Of a stretch of 64,000 nucleotides of DNA, positions 41,126 through 54,772 are shown piece after piece. A program made the position numbers and the translations under genes. Position 1 is the stretch's first letter. Each line of letters starts with the position of its first letter. The notes under the pieces are model-generated. The model did not search any database, was not told the origin of the DNA, and worked only from the letters and a program-made list of their open reading frames with translations. The DNA is from Hypanus sabinus (lineage: Eukaryota), in NCBI RefSeq assembly GCF_030144855.1, contig NC_082721.1:28148001-28212000 (forward strand). Reading direction: 5' to 3'.

Positions 41126-44100
41126 CTGTGGTAATGTTTTTTTCCCTCTTAATTATTTGACGCATTGATGAAAACCGTTTCTAGACAGAAGCTTCACTGG
41201 CTCGGTTGTGGCAATGTGGTCCAAAGCCCTAGCAGAATGCTCTTCACACTGGGAGGAATCTGAGTCCGGCAATGGGTTGATGAGATTTAGTTGGTCTTGA
41301 TATCCTTTGGATCAAGATGCAGTTCAAAACGCTTGAGGTTCCCAGTGACAACTGCATGCTTCCTTAATTCCTGCTGGCTCAATTATTTCACTGGTCTACA
41401 CCAAATGGAATTGGAAATTACACAGGATGGGGTGCTGGGCAAAATGCCAACCTCAGCAAGCTCAAACATAGAAACAAGATTATTTTAGAGATACAGTGAG
41501 GAACAGGCCTTCCAGCCCAACGAGCTGTGTCATCCAGCAGCCCACCTATTTAACACTAGCCTAATCACAGGACAGTTTGCAATGCCCGATTGCCCCACTG
41601 ACCAGAACGTCTTTGGACTGTGAGAGGAAACCAGAACACCCACGCGGTCAGAGGGAGAATGCACAAACTACTTCCAGGCGGTGCCAGGTGTCCATGAACT
41701 GTTTGTTCTTCTGCCATCAGTTAAGTGTTACAGGAGCATCAAAACTAAAACCACAAGGCTACTAAACAGCTTCCTCCCACAGGCAGTCAGATTGCTAAAT
41801 AGCTGCTCTACCTGACTCTGCTTTGGACACTTTTAACTTGCACTGGACACTTATAACTTGATTTTAACTGACATGTGGCTGTGGTGTTTTATTATTAATT
41901 GTTGTGTTTACTATTTAGTGTTGCGTTTGTTATGTTATGATTGCACTGCCCCTGGGAAACGCTGTCTCATTCTACCCTGCAGAGCTGATGTACAGTTAGA
42001 ATGACAACGAAGTTTTTGAATCTTGAAGGATTGCCCCAAGCTGTAATAACATTGCGCTAACTGTGGCACCATATTGTCATTCGGCTCTTGTCCATTCTGC
42101 CATTCAGTGAAGCTGTGACTGATCTGTGACCCAAATTTAGTTTCCCACCCCTCTTTGACATCCAAAAGGAATGGTCAGTCTTGGGTTTATAACCTACACA
42201 ATTCTAACATTAATTGCAACGTGTAGGGAGAACCTTAATCTCCCTCCACACTGTTGCATTTGGAACTATTTCCCAATTCTTCTTTTGAAAGGCTTGGTTC
42301 TAATTTATGCCTGCTGGAGTTAGGCTCACTGTTTAAAAGCTTGGTTCAAGTCACCCCAGTCAGATAAATCTTGAGGGATACAACCTGAGTGTGTGAATTT
42401 GAGAACAGCTTCAATTCCATTTGAGCCCTCTCGAGATCGCTCAGTGTGGCTCTGTGACCCATGGTGCTGGTGATAATGGACACCTTTTCCGTAGCACCTT
42501 CTACAGTAATCTTACAAAATGCTTTGTGGACAACACAGTACAGAGGGCAGCTATTTGTGCAGCCTACTTGTGTACAACTAGCTCCCACCACAGCATGATT
42601 CTAATCATATTTAATCAAAGCCAAAAACTGTTGCAGTCAGCAAGAAAGCTTACTAGAAAAATCTCAAAGATTCAATTTAAAATTCTACTTACTATATTAA
42701 TTGGATCCTGTGACTGGTCTTCATTAAATGTATAAATATCCACAGCAAGTTCAGAAGGGAAAGGTGTAGCTATTACCAAATTTTCAGCAATCATCTGTTC
42801 CCTGAGCGGGTGAGGTGTTGCCCAGAAAGTTCTCTCTAACTGATTTGCTGTTTTTGCTGAAGGAGGTACTCCGCAAAAATAACGTTATTTTAGAAATCTT
42901 TCTATGCTTTTACTCCTTCCAATCTGCATAATAGAGGGGTGTCCATTTAGAACAGAGTTGAGGAGGAATTTCCTTAGCCAGAGGACGGTAAATCTGTGGA
43001 ATTTGTTGCCGTATTTGTGGAGGCCAGGTTATTGGGTATATTTAAGGCAGAGGGTGAGAGGTTCCTGTTTGGTCACGGAATGAAGGGTTTTGGGGAGAAG
43101 GCAGAAGATTGGGGCTGAGAGGAAACTGGATTAGCTATGATGAAATGGTGGAGCAGACTTGATGGGCCAAATGGCCTAATTCTGCTCCTATATTTTATGG
43201 TCTTAATGTCTTACAGCCTCTACATCATATCTCTGTAACCTCCTCTGGCCTCAATGCTCCCCTGATACTTCCCAGCTCTTCCGCCTTCCACTATCTCTGT
43301 ATCCTCAGGCCCTGCCCACCCCATGAATTTTGAAACTACTTACAGGCCCTGTAACATCTGTTATCCTCTTTCACTTCTCCAAAATGTTTGCACGCCTCCA
43401 ATGCTGACTTTTATTTGTTTACGGGCTCTACATGACACAAACATGAAATGTTTTTCACTGCCTTACACTTTTTGGCATGTTGGCCTTTATGCTAGAGGCT
43501 TGGAGTACAGCAGTAGAAATATCTTTCTATAATCGTCTTTAGCCAGATCCTATTTGAACTATTGAGTCCATAAAAGGACATGTTTGTTCGAGTGGCAGAA
43601 TAACAAGCTTTATCAGACTGGTTCCTGACATGACAAGTCTATCACCTGAAGAGAGAATGAGTGAACTATTTTGGAAGCATAAGAGTTGACCTCATTGAGG
43701 TTACACAGGGTAAATGTGAGTACCATGTTTACTCTTGCTGAGTCACAATCCCAAAGTAAAGACCTTAGGGACTGAAATTAAGAGAATTTTTTTTTCAAGG
43801 AGATGATTCTTGTAGTGGGCTGTGGAGACTTGGTCATTGATGGCAGAGAGAGTGGTCAATGGACTTCTGGATGTTAAAGAAATAAATAGGTACAGAGAAT
43901 AGGCATTAAAATGACCTCTGCAATTACTCATGCCCTAATCCTAGTTCCTACCTGATATATATGTCAGTGGTCCTCACTTTGACCATTAAATGATTCAAAA
44001 CCCATGGGTGTTAAGGCAATCTGGCCAACCTTACTAAAAGTGAGTTTCATTTCTTGATGGATGTAATTACTGAATTTAATTCTCCTACTCCTGTGGTGCA

Positions 44101-44654
44101 ACCTGGTCACCTCTCTTGATTAAATGATTCAGATCACTGGACGCGGGTCCCATGACCGACCTCCTCCATTGCCATAGTTCAGAATCACAACCTGCTTCTG
44201 TTACTACACAACTAGCGGCTGCGTCTACAGCTGCCTGGGCCACAACATCTGGAATTCACTCCCTAACTTTGTCTTTTTAAAGTATTCTTTTAAGATATAA
44301 ATACTTCCTGCTTCCACGCAAGGCAGCAGATGCCGTTAAACCTATACCCCAGAAGGGAGTCCATGTCTTCAGAAGAGGTGAAATGGCAGAATTATGGACT
44401 CCTTGAGCACAAGAGGAGGTTATTCAGCCCATTTTGCCTGTGGAAGCTCTTTGAAAATGCTGCCCAATTAGTCTCACTCCTCTGCTCTACCCCTATATGT
44501 TCCTTTTATTTATCCTCTTCACTAATCAGGTCATTCTGTCATCAAATTTGGAGGTCATGTAATACCAATGTTTACTGCAGCTCACCTCTATGGGCTAACC
44601 AATCTCACAACTCCCTCGTTGAGAACACGATATATATATCACTGAGCTCTAGAA

Positions 44655-44787
44655 TAGTGGTCTCCAACCACTGGGCCACGAAGCATATGCAGTGCAGCTG
44701 ACTCATATCATTTCATACCGCCAAATCATATCGTTTCCTCGCGGCCTGGTAGCACATGCTTTGCGGCCCAGTGGTTGGGGACCACTG
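44655..44787. mobile_element. hAT-Charlie-type MITE (133 bp)
   Basis: TIRs tagtggtctccaacc and ggttggggaccactg; perfect 8-bp TSD CTCTAGAA (44647-44654 and 44788-44795). Confidence 0.9.
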
Positions 44788-47700
44788 CTCTAGAATTCTG
44801 AGAAAATGCCTCAGTAACTACTGATCAACAGCCTGAGTTGATGACATTTTTAAAATTTTCATCCTTTTATGGGTCTTGCCTATCTCTATGTAAAGTTTCT
44901 TGCCTCACAACCCTCAGAGATACCCTTCCCCCATCACCCTCCAATTACAACCTCTTGCTCAGCCCGGCTTTGCATCAAATGGCAGTCATGCATTGGCCGC
45001 CTAGGCCCTGAGCTCTCAAATTCTTTCTCTTAATACCTCCACCTTTGTTATCGCCTTCCAAACTGTTCTTATCACCCACCTCACTGGTCTCGATGACCTC
45101 ACTTTATTTAAGAACGTTCCCCTTGAGGTGCCCAGGGATGTTCTGTTCCACTAGAGGAGCAGCAGAAAGACAAGCTGTTTGTGTTGTAGAGGATGCACAC
45201 CACATGACCTTCGCTCATCCCCGAACTGTACTGCTGACATCAGGAGTTGGACATTAGTCAAGCCTGGAAGACACAAGCTGGTTTTAGACGCTTGTATAAC
45301 GCATACCATTGGCTTTTAATTTCATCCTATGAGTCCCACAGCTGCGAGATCTGCTGTTGGCTGGTCCTTGGCAGTCTGATCTCCTTCACCATGTTTTTTT
45401 TACCTGGATTCCTGGAAACTGGCTGCCTTCTGAGAATGTCAACAACATAAGTACTGTGTTTCTCTGGGACTCAGAGAAGACATTTTACAGAGGATAGAGG
45501 CAGGGAGAGGAGCATTGATTTAATTACCTGTTACCACCTTCTCCCTTCCCCCACCACCATTCCTCGGATCCCGTGCTGGGAGGCAGCTCCATGTAACTTA
45601 TTGAAGCCAAGCCTTGACGGAGACGAGCAAAACGATACTTCCGTCCCTATTTGTTTGGGAAAATTATTAGCCATCAATCTGAAGTTTGGTATGCATTGTG
45701 TAACTTCCTGCCTGGTACTTTATGTTTATCTGCTCCTAGGGCTATGCTTGGTGTGAATCATGGAACAGAAAGTACTTCTGGTGCTTCGGGTTTAAGTGAA
45801 GCTCTTTCAGCACGAGACTGCAGCTTGTGATTTTTCAGAGGTCTGGCTCTGAGCCCCTCTGATCTATCAGTTTCCTAACTTTGTGGTCAGGACACTGTGT
45901 TTGCACCAGTGACTGAGTCAGTCATTAGGTCAGTGTGCTGCTGGCAAGAGCCACAAAGCTGAGGGTTTGAGTCAAGTCCAGTACTCAGGGCTGGTGCTCT
46001 GGGAGTGCACACTGACGGAGACAGGCAACCCCCCCCCTCCCCCCAAAGCTGACCCTGCCACAACCTCATTTTGTGTCCTGCACAGTTCACTGAAAATTAA
46101 AAATAAAACACAATGGGAAGCAGGGGCCACACTTCTGGCACAGATTCCGTCATTTCTGCCCAGTCTCCTGTGATCCAGGTGTGGATCCAGCCTGGGTGTG
46201 CAGATTCTCTCCTTCGTGGACAGTCCACGTCACGCCTGCAGGAAGAGAGCTTGTAAGGTCTGACAAAAGGCTCTTGGGTGGTGGACTCCAGGTCCCCCTC
46301 AGGAGGTGCAATTATCTAGCTCACCTCAGACACCAGGAATTCTCAGCCAACCAACTCCTCTGACTGTGGAAGTCCCTCCAGCTCCTCACACCAACCCCTT
46401 CCTATCAGTGGTGGTAGCTGACCCACCGTCCTCCCACCCTGACCCCACCTTTACAGCGAGATCATTGCAAGAAGTGGTGAGTGGGTCGAAGCCTGTACAT
46501 TAGTCTTGTAGCCGATGAACGTGGAGACAATGGACCTTGTCTTTACCTGCTGACTGGTACCCCTAAACAAACACCATTTAAATTCTAGACAGCCATCTTT
46601 TTCCTCTTAACCCCATTCTCCTGTCTTAACCTTTGACACCATTACTGATCACGAATCTATCAATTTCCACTTTAAACAGATCCCACCTGCTCTCTTAGGT
46701 GCCAATGTTTCTTCTCTTTGATATCCTGGTCAATGTTTATTTTCCACACCTCTAAAAAAACCAGATGATGCAGACATCATCACGATGATGCTTGTGCAAG
46801 CCAACAGCACACAATTTCCACAATTCAGGAGAAGAACAAGTTCTCTTTCTGTAAAACATTTTGTGCTGTCTTTTGATTGGGAAAGACTCCTTGGAAATGC
46901 AGATCTTCCTCTTCGATATTCAAATGAGAATCCTTTCATTGCCTGTCATGGTGTGTTCTGACATAATGAAAGCACTCAGCCTTAGGGGACACCAGAGACC
47001 GCAGATTCTGCAGTCTGGAACAACAGATCTTGAGACTATAAGTCTATGAGACGAAGACACAGGGGCAGAGTTAGACTATTTGGTCCGAGAAGTCTACTCC
47101 ACCATATGATTATAGGCAATTTATTTTCCCTCTTAACCCCATTCTCCCCATAACTTTTGATGCCCTTACTAATCAAGAACCCATCCATCTCCAGATTAAA
47201 TATACCCATTGACTTGGCTTCCACAGCTGTCTGTGGCAACCCAACCTTTTTCTCAGCCATGGTCTAATAATAACATTAAGCAAAGGTCCCAGGTTGGATC
47301 TAGGCCTTTCAACATTCAATGATCTCAATGATCATTGATCTCTCCCTTCATTCTTCTAAATTCCAGCGCATAAAGGTCCAGAGCCATCAATCACTCCTGA
47401 TACAATAAACCTTTCATTCCCAGAATCATCCTCATGACCCTCCCTGAACCCTCTCCAATGTCAAGTACCTTTCCTAAACAAGTTGCACAGAACTGCTCGC
47501 AATACTCCAAGTGAGGCCTCACTAGTGCCTTACAAAGCCTCAACATTATATCCTTGCTTTTACATTTTAGGCCGCTTGAAATGAATGGCAACATTGCATT
47601 TACCTTCCTCACCACTGAGCATTCCCAAGTCCCTTTGCACCTTGGATTTTTGAATTTTCTCTCTGTTTAGAAAACAGTTTATACTTTTATTCCTTCTACC

Positions 47701-48927
47701 TAAGTACGTGACCATACACTTCACGACACTGTATTCCATTTGTTACTTCTTTGCCCATTCTCCTAATCTGTCACAGTCCTTCTGCAGAATCCCTGCTTCT
47801 GTACCACTAGCTGTCTCTCTACCTATCTTCGTATCATCCACAAACTTGACCACAAAGCTATCAATTCTGTCATCCAAATCATTAACACACAACATAAAAA
47901 GAAGAGGTCCCTTCTGAAAATCCAAGTTCTCAACATCCATTGATTCTCCTTTATCCATCCTTGTTATTCTTTGTCAAGAATTCCAACAGATTTGTCAGTT
48001 AAGATTTTCCTTCAAGGAAACCATGTTGACTTTGGCCTATTTTATCATGTGCCTCAAGTACCACAAAACCACATCCTTAGCAAATGACTCCAACATCTTT
48101 CAAACCACTGAAGTCAGGCTAACTGACCTATAATGTCCTTTCTTCTGCCTCCCTCCTTTCTTGAAGAGCGAAGTGACATTTGTAGTTTTCCAGTCCTCCA
48201 GAACCTTTTCAAAATCTAGTGGTTCTTGAAAGATTATTATTAATGCCTCCACAATCTTTTCAGCTACCTCTTTCAGAATCCTGGGGTGTACACCATCTGG
48301 TCCAGGTGACTTATCAACCTTCAGACCGTTCAGTTTCTCAAGCTCCTTCTCCCTAGTAATAACATCTGCTCTCACTTCTGCCCCCTGACACTCTCAAACT
48401 TCTGGCAATCCGTTAGTGTCTTCCATAATGAAGACTGAAGCAAAATACTTATTCAGTTCATCCGCCATTTTCTTGTCCTCCATTACTACCTCTCCTGCAT
48501 CATTTTCCAGCAATCCAATATCTACTCTCGCTTCCCTTTTACTCTTTATGTATCTGCAGAAACTTTTGGTATCCTCTTTAATATTATTGGCTGGCTTACT
48601 TTCGTATTCCGCCTTTACCTCTTTAATGACTGCCTTCTGTTTGTTTTTAAAAGCTTCCCTATCCTCTAGCTTCCCACTAATTTTTGCTCTATTATATGCC
48701 CTCCCTTGACTTTTATCTTGGCTTTGACTTCTCTTCTTATTCATGGTTGTGTCATCTTGCCTTTAGAATACTTCTTCCTCTTTGGGATGTATATATCTAA
48801 ATTGCTTCCAGAATTTCCAGCCATAGCTGCTCTGCCATCATCCCTGCCAGTGTTCTTTTCCAATTTATTCTGGCCAACTCCTCTCTCATGGCTCTGTAAT
48901 TCCTTTTACTCCTCTGTAATACTGATA

Positions 48928-49212
48928 AGTGGTGGCATCCGTTGGTCTCGAGGGACCATGGATCTGCGCATGGAGTTTCCTGGGCAGGGTCGTATGGGAG
49001 ACCGGCAGTTGACCAAGCTGTAGGCCTTCCCCTCTCCACGCCACCGATGTTGTCGAGGACCCATGCAGCTTGGCACCGGTGACGTTGCAGAGTAATGTGT
49101 TGTTAAGTGCCTTGCTCAAGGACACAAACACGCTGCCTCAGCTGAGGCCCGAACCAGTGACCTTCAGATTATTAGTCTGATGCCTTGCCCACTAGGGCAC
49201 GCACCAACACTA
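48928..49212 (-). mobile_element. tRNA-derived SINE with an RTE-like tail, nested in CR1
   Basis: Minus-strand A/B-box-like head (ggttcgggcc), gtgtccttgagcaaggcacttaac core; 10-bp TSD AATACTGATA (48918-48927 and 49213-49222). Confidence 0.75.
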
Positions 49213-49345
49213 AATACTGATACATCTGACTGGTATTTCTCCACTCAAATTGTAGGAGGGATTCTATCATATTATGATCACACACTCCTAAGGGTTCATT
49301 TACCTTCAGCTCCCTAATCAAATCCAGTTCATTACACAACACCCA

Positions 49346-50105
49346 AAGTTCAAAGTACACTTATTATCATATTATTTATTTATTATACAACCTTGAGATT
49401 TGTCTCCTTATAGGCAGCCCGAAAGAACCTATTAAAAAAAACAAACACCTAATATGCAGAGGGAGAGAGAGAAATAAAAGAAATCAAGCAAAGAATAAAA
49501 GTAAGCAAATGGCATTTAGAACAAAAGTGAGTCCTCAGACATGAAGCCCGGAGCAACTGGAGCAGGCCCACAGCCTCAGCGTCAGTTAATCACATTGCAG
49601 AGCAAATGTCCTGGAGCTTGTAGACACAGAGATCGGAGCAGTTGAAGTTGGCCCACAGCCACAGCTTCAATGCAGTGAAGAGCGGACAAAGTGCCCCAGA
49701 GCAATGAGCAGAACGGGACTGACCTTCACTCCTAGTCCTGACACCCAACCTTTTCAATCCCACTGGCCCAGTGTTTTAATCATCCAAACATTGCGTCATT
49801 CCTTCTCTAGGACCTGGGCCCTGTCATTTTGATACACTCTGGGTCTGGACCAAACCTGACCTTTCCAATTCGGCCAATCAAACCTTGATGTGGGTTTAGG
49901 TGGATGAGCCCGAATCTGTCCCCCTCCACTCCGACCTTTCGTAGCTTCACACGCTCCAACTCGAATATGCCTCAACTCCACTCCGAGTCTGTCTCCACCT
50001 TGTTCTGACTCCTCCTCAAACATGCCTCGACCTCCGTCTGACACTGTCTCACACCCGCACACTTCGATCCTCATCTCCACACACCTCTTCATTGTGCAGG
50101 GTGAT
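49346..50105 (-). repeat. Non-autonomous retroposon-like repeat, second copy at about 3075-3620
   Basis: Shared ccttgagatttgt...gcagcc...aagaacc block and short ttcaa repeats at the left end; interrupts the CR1. Confidence 0.5.
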
Positions 50106-50569
50106 CCCAATCAAGAACAGCTGATTCCCTAGCGGTCTCAACCATGAGCTGCTCTGAAAAGCCAGCTGACAGCATCCTACAAATTCTCTCTCTTTGGATC
50201 CTGCACCAACCTGATTTTCCCAACCTACCTGCATATTGACTAGTGTAACATTATTCTTTTTACATGCCTTCATCTCTCATTGTAAATTGCAGCCCACATC
50301 CTGGCTACTGTTCAGAGGCTTGTATATAACTCCCTTCAGAGTCTTTTTACTCTTGCAGTTTCGTAACTCTGCCCACAAGGATTCTACATCATGGCCGATC
50401 TTTCACCTTTCATATTTTTTGTATCACCTTCTTGTATAATGCAAAATTTCTTGATCTCCTCCAATTTCAAAAAATTTATTAGTCCCTCTCTTTCACCTCA
50501 ACACCATTTTCTGCTTTATTCTATATCCCCTGATTCCATTAATAACTAAAAATCCTTCTCTGTGGATTG

Positions 50570-50930
50570 TCACCTTGTCGTGGTGGAGAAGTTTGTGTGG
50601 TCCTGAGATCCCAAGAGCGATGCTGTCTGGAGCTATGCTCCTGATAGGGTCACCAGTGGTGGTAAGGTCGAGGGTGAGGTCCCTGACAAAGAACAATCCA
50701 ACCAAGACCTCAACGGTGGATGAAGTTACTTCGAACTCAACGGCTGCAAAGGGGGATGAAGGCTGCAGCAAATCCATCAGCTCCAATCGTCGTGGTTTCC
50801 ATGCCACTAGAATCAGTTGGTTGATCTGTGAAGTATCGTGTGCTTCTTGGAGTGCAACATCAAGTACACATTAAACAAATACACGCACAGGCGTCTTCAC
50901 TCTGTGATAGATCAACGGAACGAAGCCTCC
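50570..50930 (+). mobile_element. RTE-clade LINE 5'UTR-like fragment
   Basis: caccttgtcgtggtggag...gagcgatgctgtctggagc...tagggtcacc...ctgacaaag resembles RTE/Expander 5' ends as I recall them. Confidence 0.5.
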
Positions 50931-52204
50931 ACAGTCCTCTTGGTCAGAGATGTCCCAAACATCCATCTTCCCACAACAGAAGAAATACCTTCTCTCCATC
51001 CTGATTGGTAGATCCCTTATTTTGGTGGTGGGGTGGGTGCAACCTAGAAGAATTGTGAAGAGCCTTAAAATGCAAGTTTCGGTTTGATGATAGGAAGTTG
51101 TCCCTCACACAGAGGAAAGAATTCTGGAACGCTTCTCCCCTGGAAGGCTCTTGGACTGGTGCCAATTGGAAAACTCAATTTGACATTGCAGGATTTATTA
51201 TTTGGATTGTGGTATCGTTCGATTCAGGAAGGTGGAGCTAAGGATGTAATAAGAGCTGTGAACAGGTTCAAGGATTTGAATGGCCTCTTTCTGTCCTTGT
51301 AATCATCTTTCATCACGTAGAGGAGTTAATGGGTTAACATCCTGGTGTATTCTGTTCAGACGAAGTTAAAAATTATGTCTGATGATGAGGACGTAACAAT
51401 TTTGCAATATTTTTCTCTCCCTTTCTCAAGCTTATAAATCTGCTGAGTACAGCAGTTTTATGTAATTCAGTTTCTATTTTAGATCTCCGGTCTCGCTTTA
51501 ATGAGTCACCTGCGTGTATCATGGCAACAGAGGAGTAGGCCTGTGTGGCTGAGCTAGACCTCAGTCCAGGAAACCAGTGTGTGACTTGAGACACATTGCA
51601 TTGCAATACACCCTGTGTGTGACCAGGCGTTTCACACAAATATGTTGTTAGTAAAAATCACCATGGTGTCATTAAAAAAAGAAAATGAAGTTTGCAGTTC
51701 TGTGGTGCCTTTTGTTTCTGTTTGGAATTTCCCAAATCTCTAAATAGCCCGTGTAAAACTTTTAAAGTTTAGTCATTCTTTTAATGTGGAAAACAGTGCA
51801 GGTAAAATATGCACAGAAAGCTCCCACAAAGAGATGCGATAATGACAAGCTTGTTTGGTTCAGTGTTTGAATTGAGGAATAGACTTTTGCCCTTTATCTG
51901 CTGGAAGAATTCCTGTAATGTTTTTAAATTGAATTTGTACGCACTCGTGGGAGAGCCAGCAGGGGTTGCAGGAACAAAATATGGCCATTCCTGCAGTGCG
52001 GTGCTAGTACCTCACTGGAGTTCTAGCCCGGAATGTTGTGGTAAGATCTCCAGAGTGGGATTCAAAGCCAGACCTTCCGACAGACATCAGTACGTTGCAT
52101 GCTGAGCAGCAACTGACTTTCTCCGTGCTGAAGGAAGGGGGCTTGAGTGGGACCAGGGCTGCTGGCTTTGATATTTCTGTGTGATAAGAAGCAGGATCAG
52201 AGTT

Positions 52205-53482
52205 CAGACTCTCACAGCTACCTGGACTATTCCTCTTCCCACCCTGTCTCCTGCAAAAATGCTATCCCCTTCTCACAATTCCTCTGTCTCTGCCGCATCT
52301 GCTCTCAGAATGAGGCTTTTCATTCCAGGACGAAGGAGATGTCTTCCTTTTTTAAACAAAGGGGCTTCCCTTCTTCCACCATCAACTCTGCTCTCAAACG
52401 CATCTCTCCCACTTCCAGCACATCTGCCCTCACCCCATCCCCCCGCCACCCTACTCGGGATAGGGTTCCCCTTGTCCTCACCTAACACCCCACCAGCCTC
52501 CGGGTCCAATGTATAATTCTCCATAACTTCCGCCACCTCCAACGGGATCCCACTACCAAGCACATCTTTCCCTCCCCCCCCTTTCTGCTTTCCACAGGGA
52601 TCGCTCCCTACGCGAATCCCTTGTCCATTCGTCCCCACCATCCCTTCCCACGATCTCCCTCCTGGCACATATCTTTGTAAACGGAACAAGTGCTACACCT
52701 GCCCTTACACTTCCTCCCTCACCACCATTCAGGGCCCCAGACGGTCCTTCCAGGTGAGGCGACATTTCACCTGTGAGTTGGCTGGTGTGGTATACTGTGT
52801 CCGGTGCTCCCGGTGTGGCCTTTTATATATTGGTGAGACCCGACGCAGACTGGGAAACCGTTTTACTGAACACCTACGCTCTGTCCGCCAGAGAAAGCAG
52901 GATCTCCCAGTGGCCACACATTTTAATTCCACGTCCCATTCCCATTCTGATACGTCTATCCATGGCCTCCTCCACTGTTAAGATGAAGCTACACTCAGGT
53001 TGGAGGAACAACACCAGAAATACCGGCTGGGTAGCCTCCAACCTGATGGCATGAACATTGACTTCTCTAACTACTGTTAATGCCCCTCCTCCCCTTCTTA
53101 CCCCATCCCTGATATATTTAGTTTTTCTCCCCCCTCCTTTTTTTTCTCCCTTTCTGCCCATCACTCTGCCTGTTCTCCATCTCCCTCTGGTGCTCCCCTC
53201 CCCCTTTCTTTCTCCCAAGGCCTCCCGCCCCATGATCCTTTCCCTTCTCCAGCTCTGTATCCCTTTCGCCAATCACCTTTCCAGCTCTTAGCTCCGCCCC
53301 ACCCCCTCCAGTCTTCTCCTATCATTTCGCATTTTCCCCTCCCCCTCCTACTTTCAAATCTCTTAGTATCTTTCCTTTCAGTTAGTCCTGACGCAGGCTC
53401 TCGGCCCGAAACGTCGACAGCACTTCTCCCTATAGATGCTGCCTGGCCTGCTACGTTCCACCAGCATTTTGTTTGTGTGTTG
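52205..53482 (+). mobile_element. Penelope-like element, best-preserved copy (5'-truncated)
   Basis: Translations DSHSYLDYSSSHPVSCKNAIPFSQFLCLCRICS (RT thumb) and FTCELAGVVYCVRCSRCGLLYIGETRRRLGNRFTEH (GIY-YIG endonuclease), then a pyrimidine tract and terminal repeat. Confidence 0.9.
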
Positions 53483-54772
53483 TCAAAATTAGGCCATTTG
53501 GCCCATCAAGTCTGCTCCACCATTCTATCACAGATGATTTATTCTCCCACCCCAATCCATTCTCCTGTCTTCTTCCCATAGCCTTTGACAACCTTACTAA
53601 TCAAGATACTATCAGCCTTGGCTTCTAAAATACCCAACGACCTGGCCTCCACAGCTCTCTGAAGTAATGATTTCCACAGATTCACCACACTCTGGCTTAA
53701 GAAATTCCTTCTCATTCCTCTTCTAAAGGGGCATCAACCCTCAATAATAATGATCAGTTAGGCACAGGGAGAGCCTGTATCAGCTGGCAAATACCTTCAC
53801 TGGTTCAGTTGACATGCAAGTAAGATCTCAGAGCATCTATGCAGGTGTGGCATGCTGTTAATCTAGGCTATAGGGAAAGAACAGGGCTATGGGACTGGTG
53901 GGATTGCTCCACTAAAAGCCAGCATCAACTCAATGGGCCAAACAGCTTCCTTCTGCACCATAACAATTCCAAAATTTTACAAAAAATTTGTCTGAGGATC
54001 GTTATCTTTTTTTTCAGAGAAGAGCTACATGCGTGGAGGAGAATTGAGATGCCATTGGCGTTCCTTCAGTAGCGTCAAAAGTATCAATGCCACGTGTGAT
54101 CGCACAGGAAACATGGGTATCGACAGGCTCCTGCCCAGCTCAGCCGTAGCTGATCGGAAGCTACTAATCCAGCAAAGCTGTGGGAAGAGAAGTGATTCAT
54201 ATCCCAAGGTCAGAATGCATGTGAAATCTTCAGTCCCTGCAGGAATGGCCAAACGTGTGAAGCTCCCTGTCCCAGAAATGCCCTAGATGGGTTCCAGGCA
54301 GCTGTTCTGTGAATGTAAAGTGTCTTCCAGGCTCTCAGAGCAATGAATTAACTCAAGCAAGGTTGGCAACCTCTTCTGTGGCTAGGATGGCAGATGTCAA
54401 AAGGTGGCACCGGGAAAAATTCTGAGGAGATCTACCGGGATATTGACGAAAAGGGAGAAAGACGAACCAGGATTGTTGTTATCAGATTTGGTTACTTTCG
54501 CTGTAAGTTTTACATTGAAAGCATCTTCACGGTTTAAATTATGGTGACATTTCATTTTGCCTTGGCCCAGTAAGGTAGTGCAAGGTACTTCACTGGAGTA
54601 TTTATTACCAAACTACTGGCAGAAAGAATGATCAAATGTTCACTCAAGTAGATGGAGACAAAAGTGGAGTGCTTGAAGGGAGGAACTCCGAAACTCAGAA
54701 CCCAGGGTACTGAAGGTCCTGTTAGCAATGCTGCAAGAGTGGAAATGGGACTGAGCAGGAGGTAAGAAATAA

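Larger units (their letters stand above)
47030..50395 (-). mobile_element. CR1-type LINE ORF2 fragment with nested insertions
   Basis: DKSPGPDGVHPRILKE, YRSVSLTSVV, KFVDDTKIG, VRPHLEYCEQF. Confidence 0.88.

Noticed and set aside
43604-43625. miR-21-like string (agctttatcagactggt)
   Set aside because: Lies in a decayed CR1 fragment, has an altered seed and no hairpin partner.
50570-50720. HDV-like ribozyme at the RTE-like 5' end
   Set aside because: Known in some RTE elements, but I could not trace the double-pseudoknot pairing by eye.
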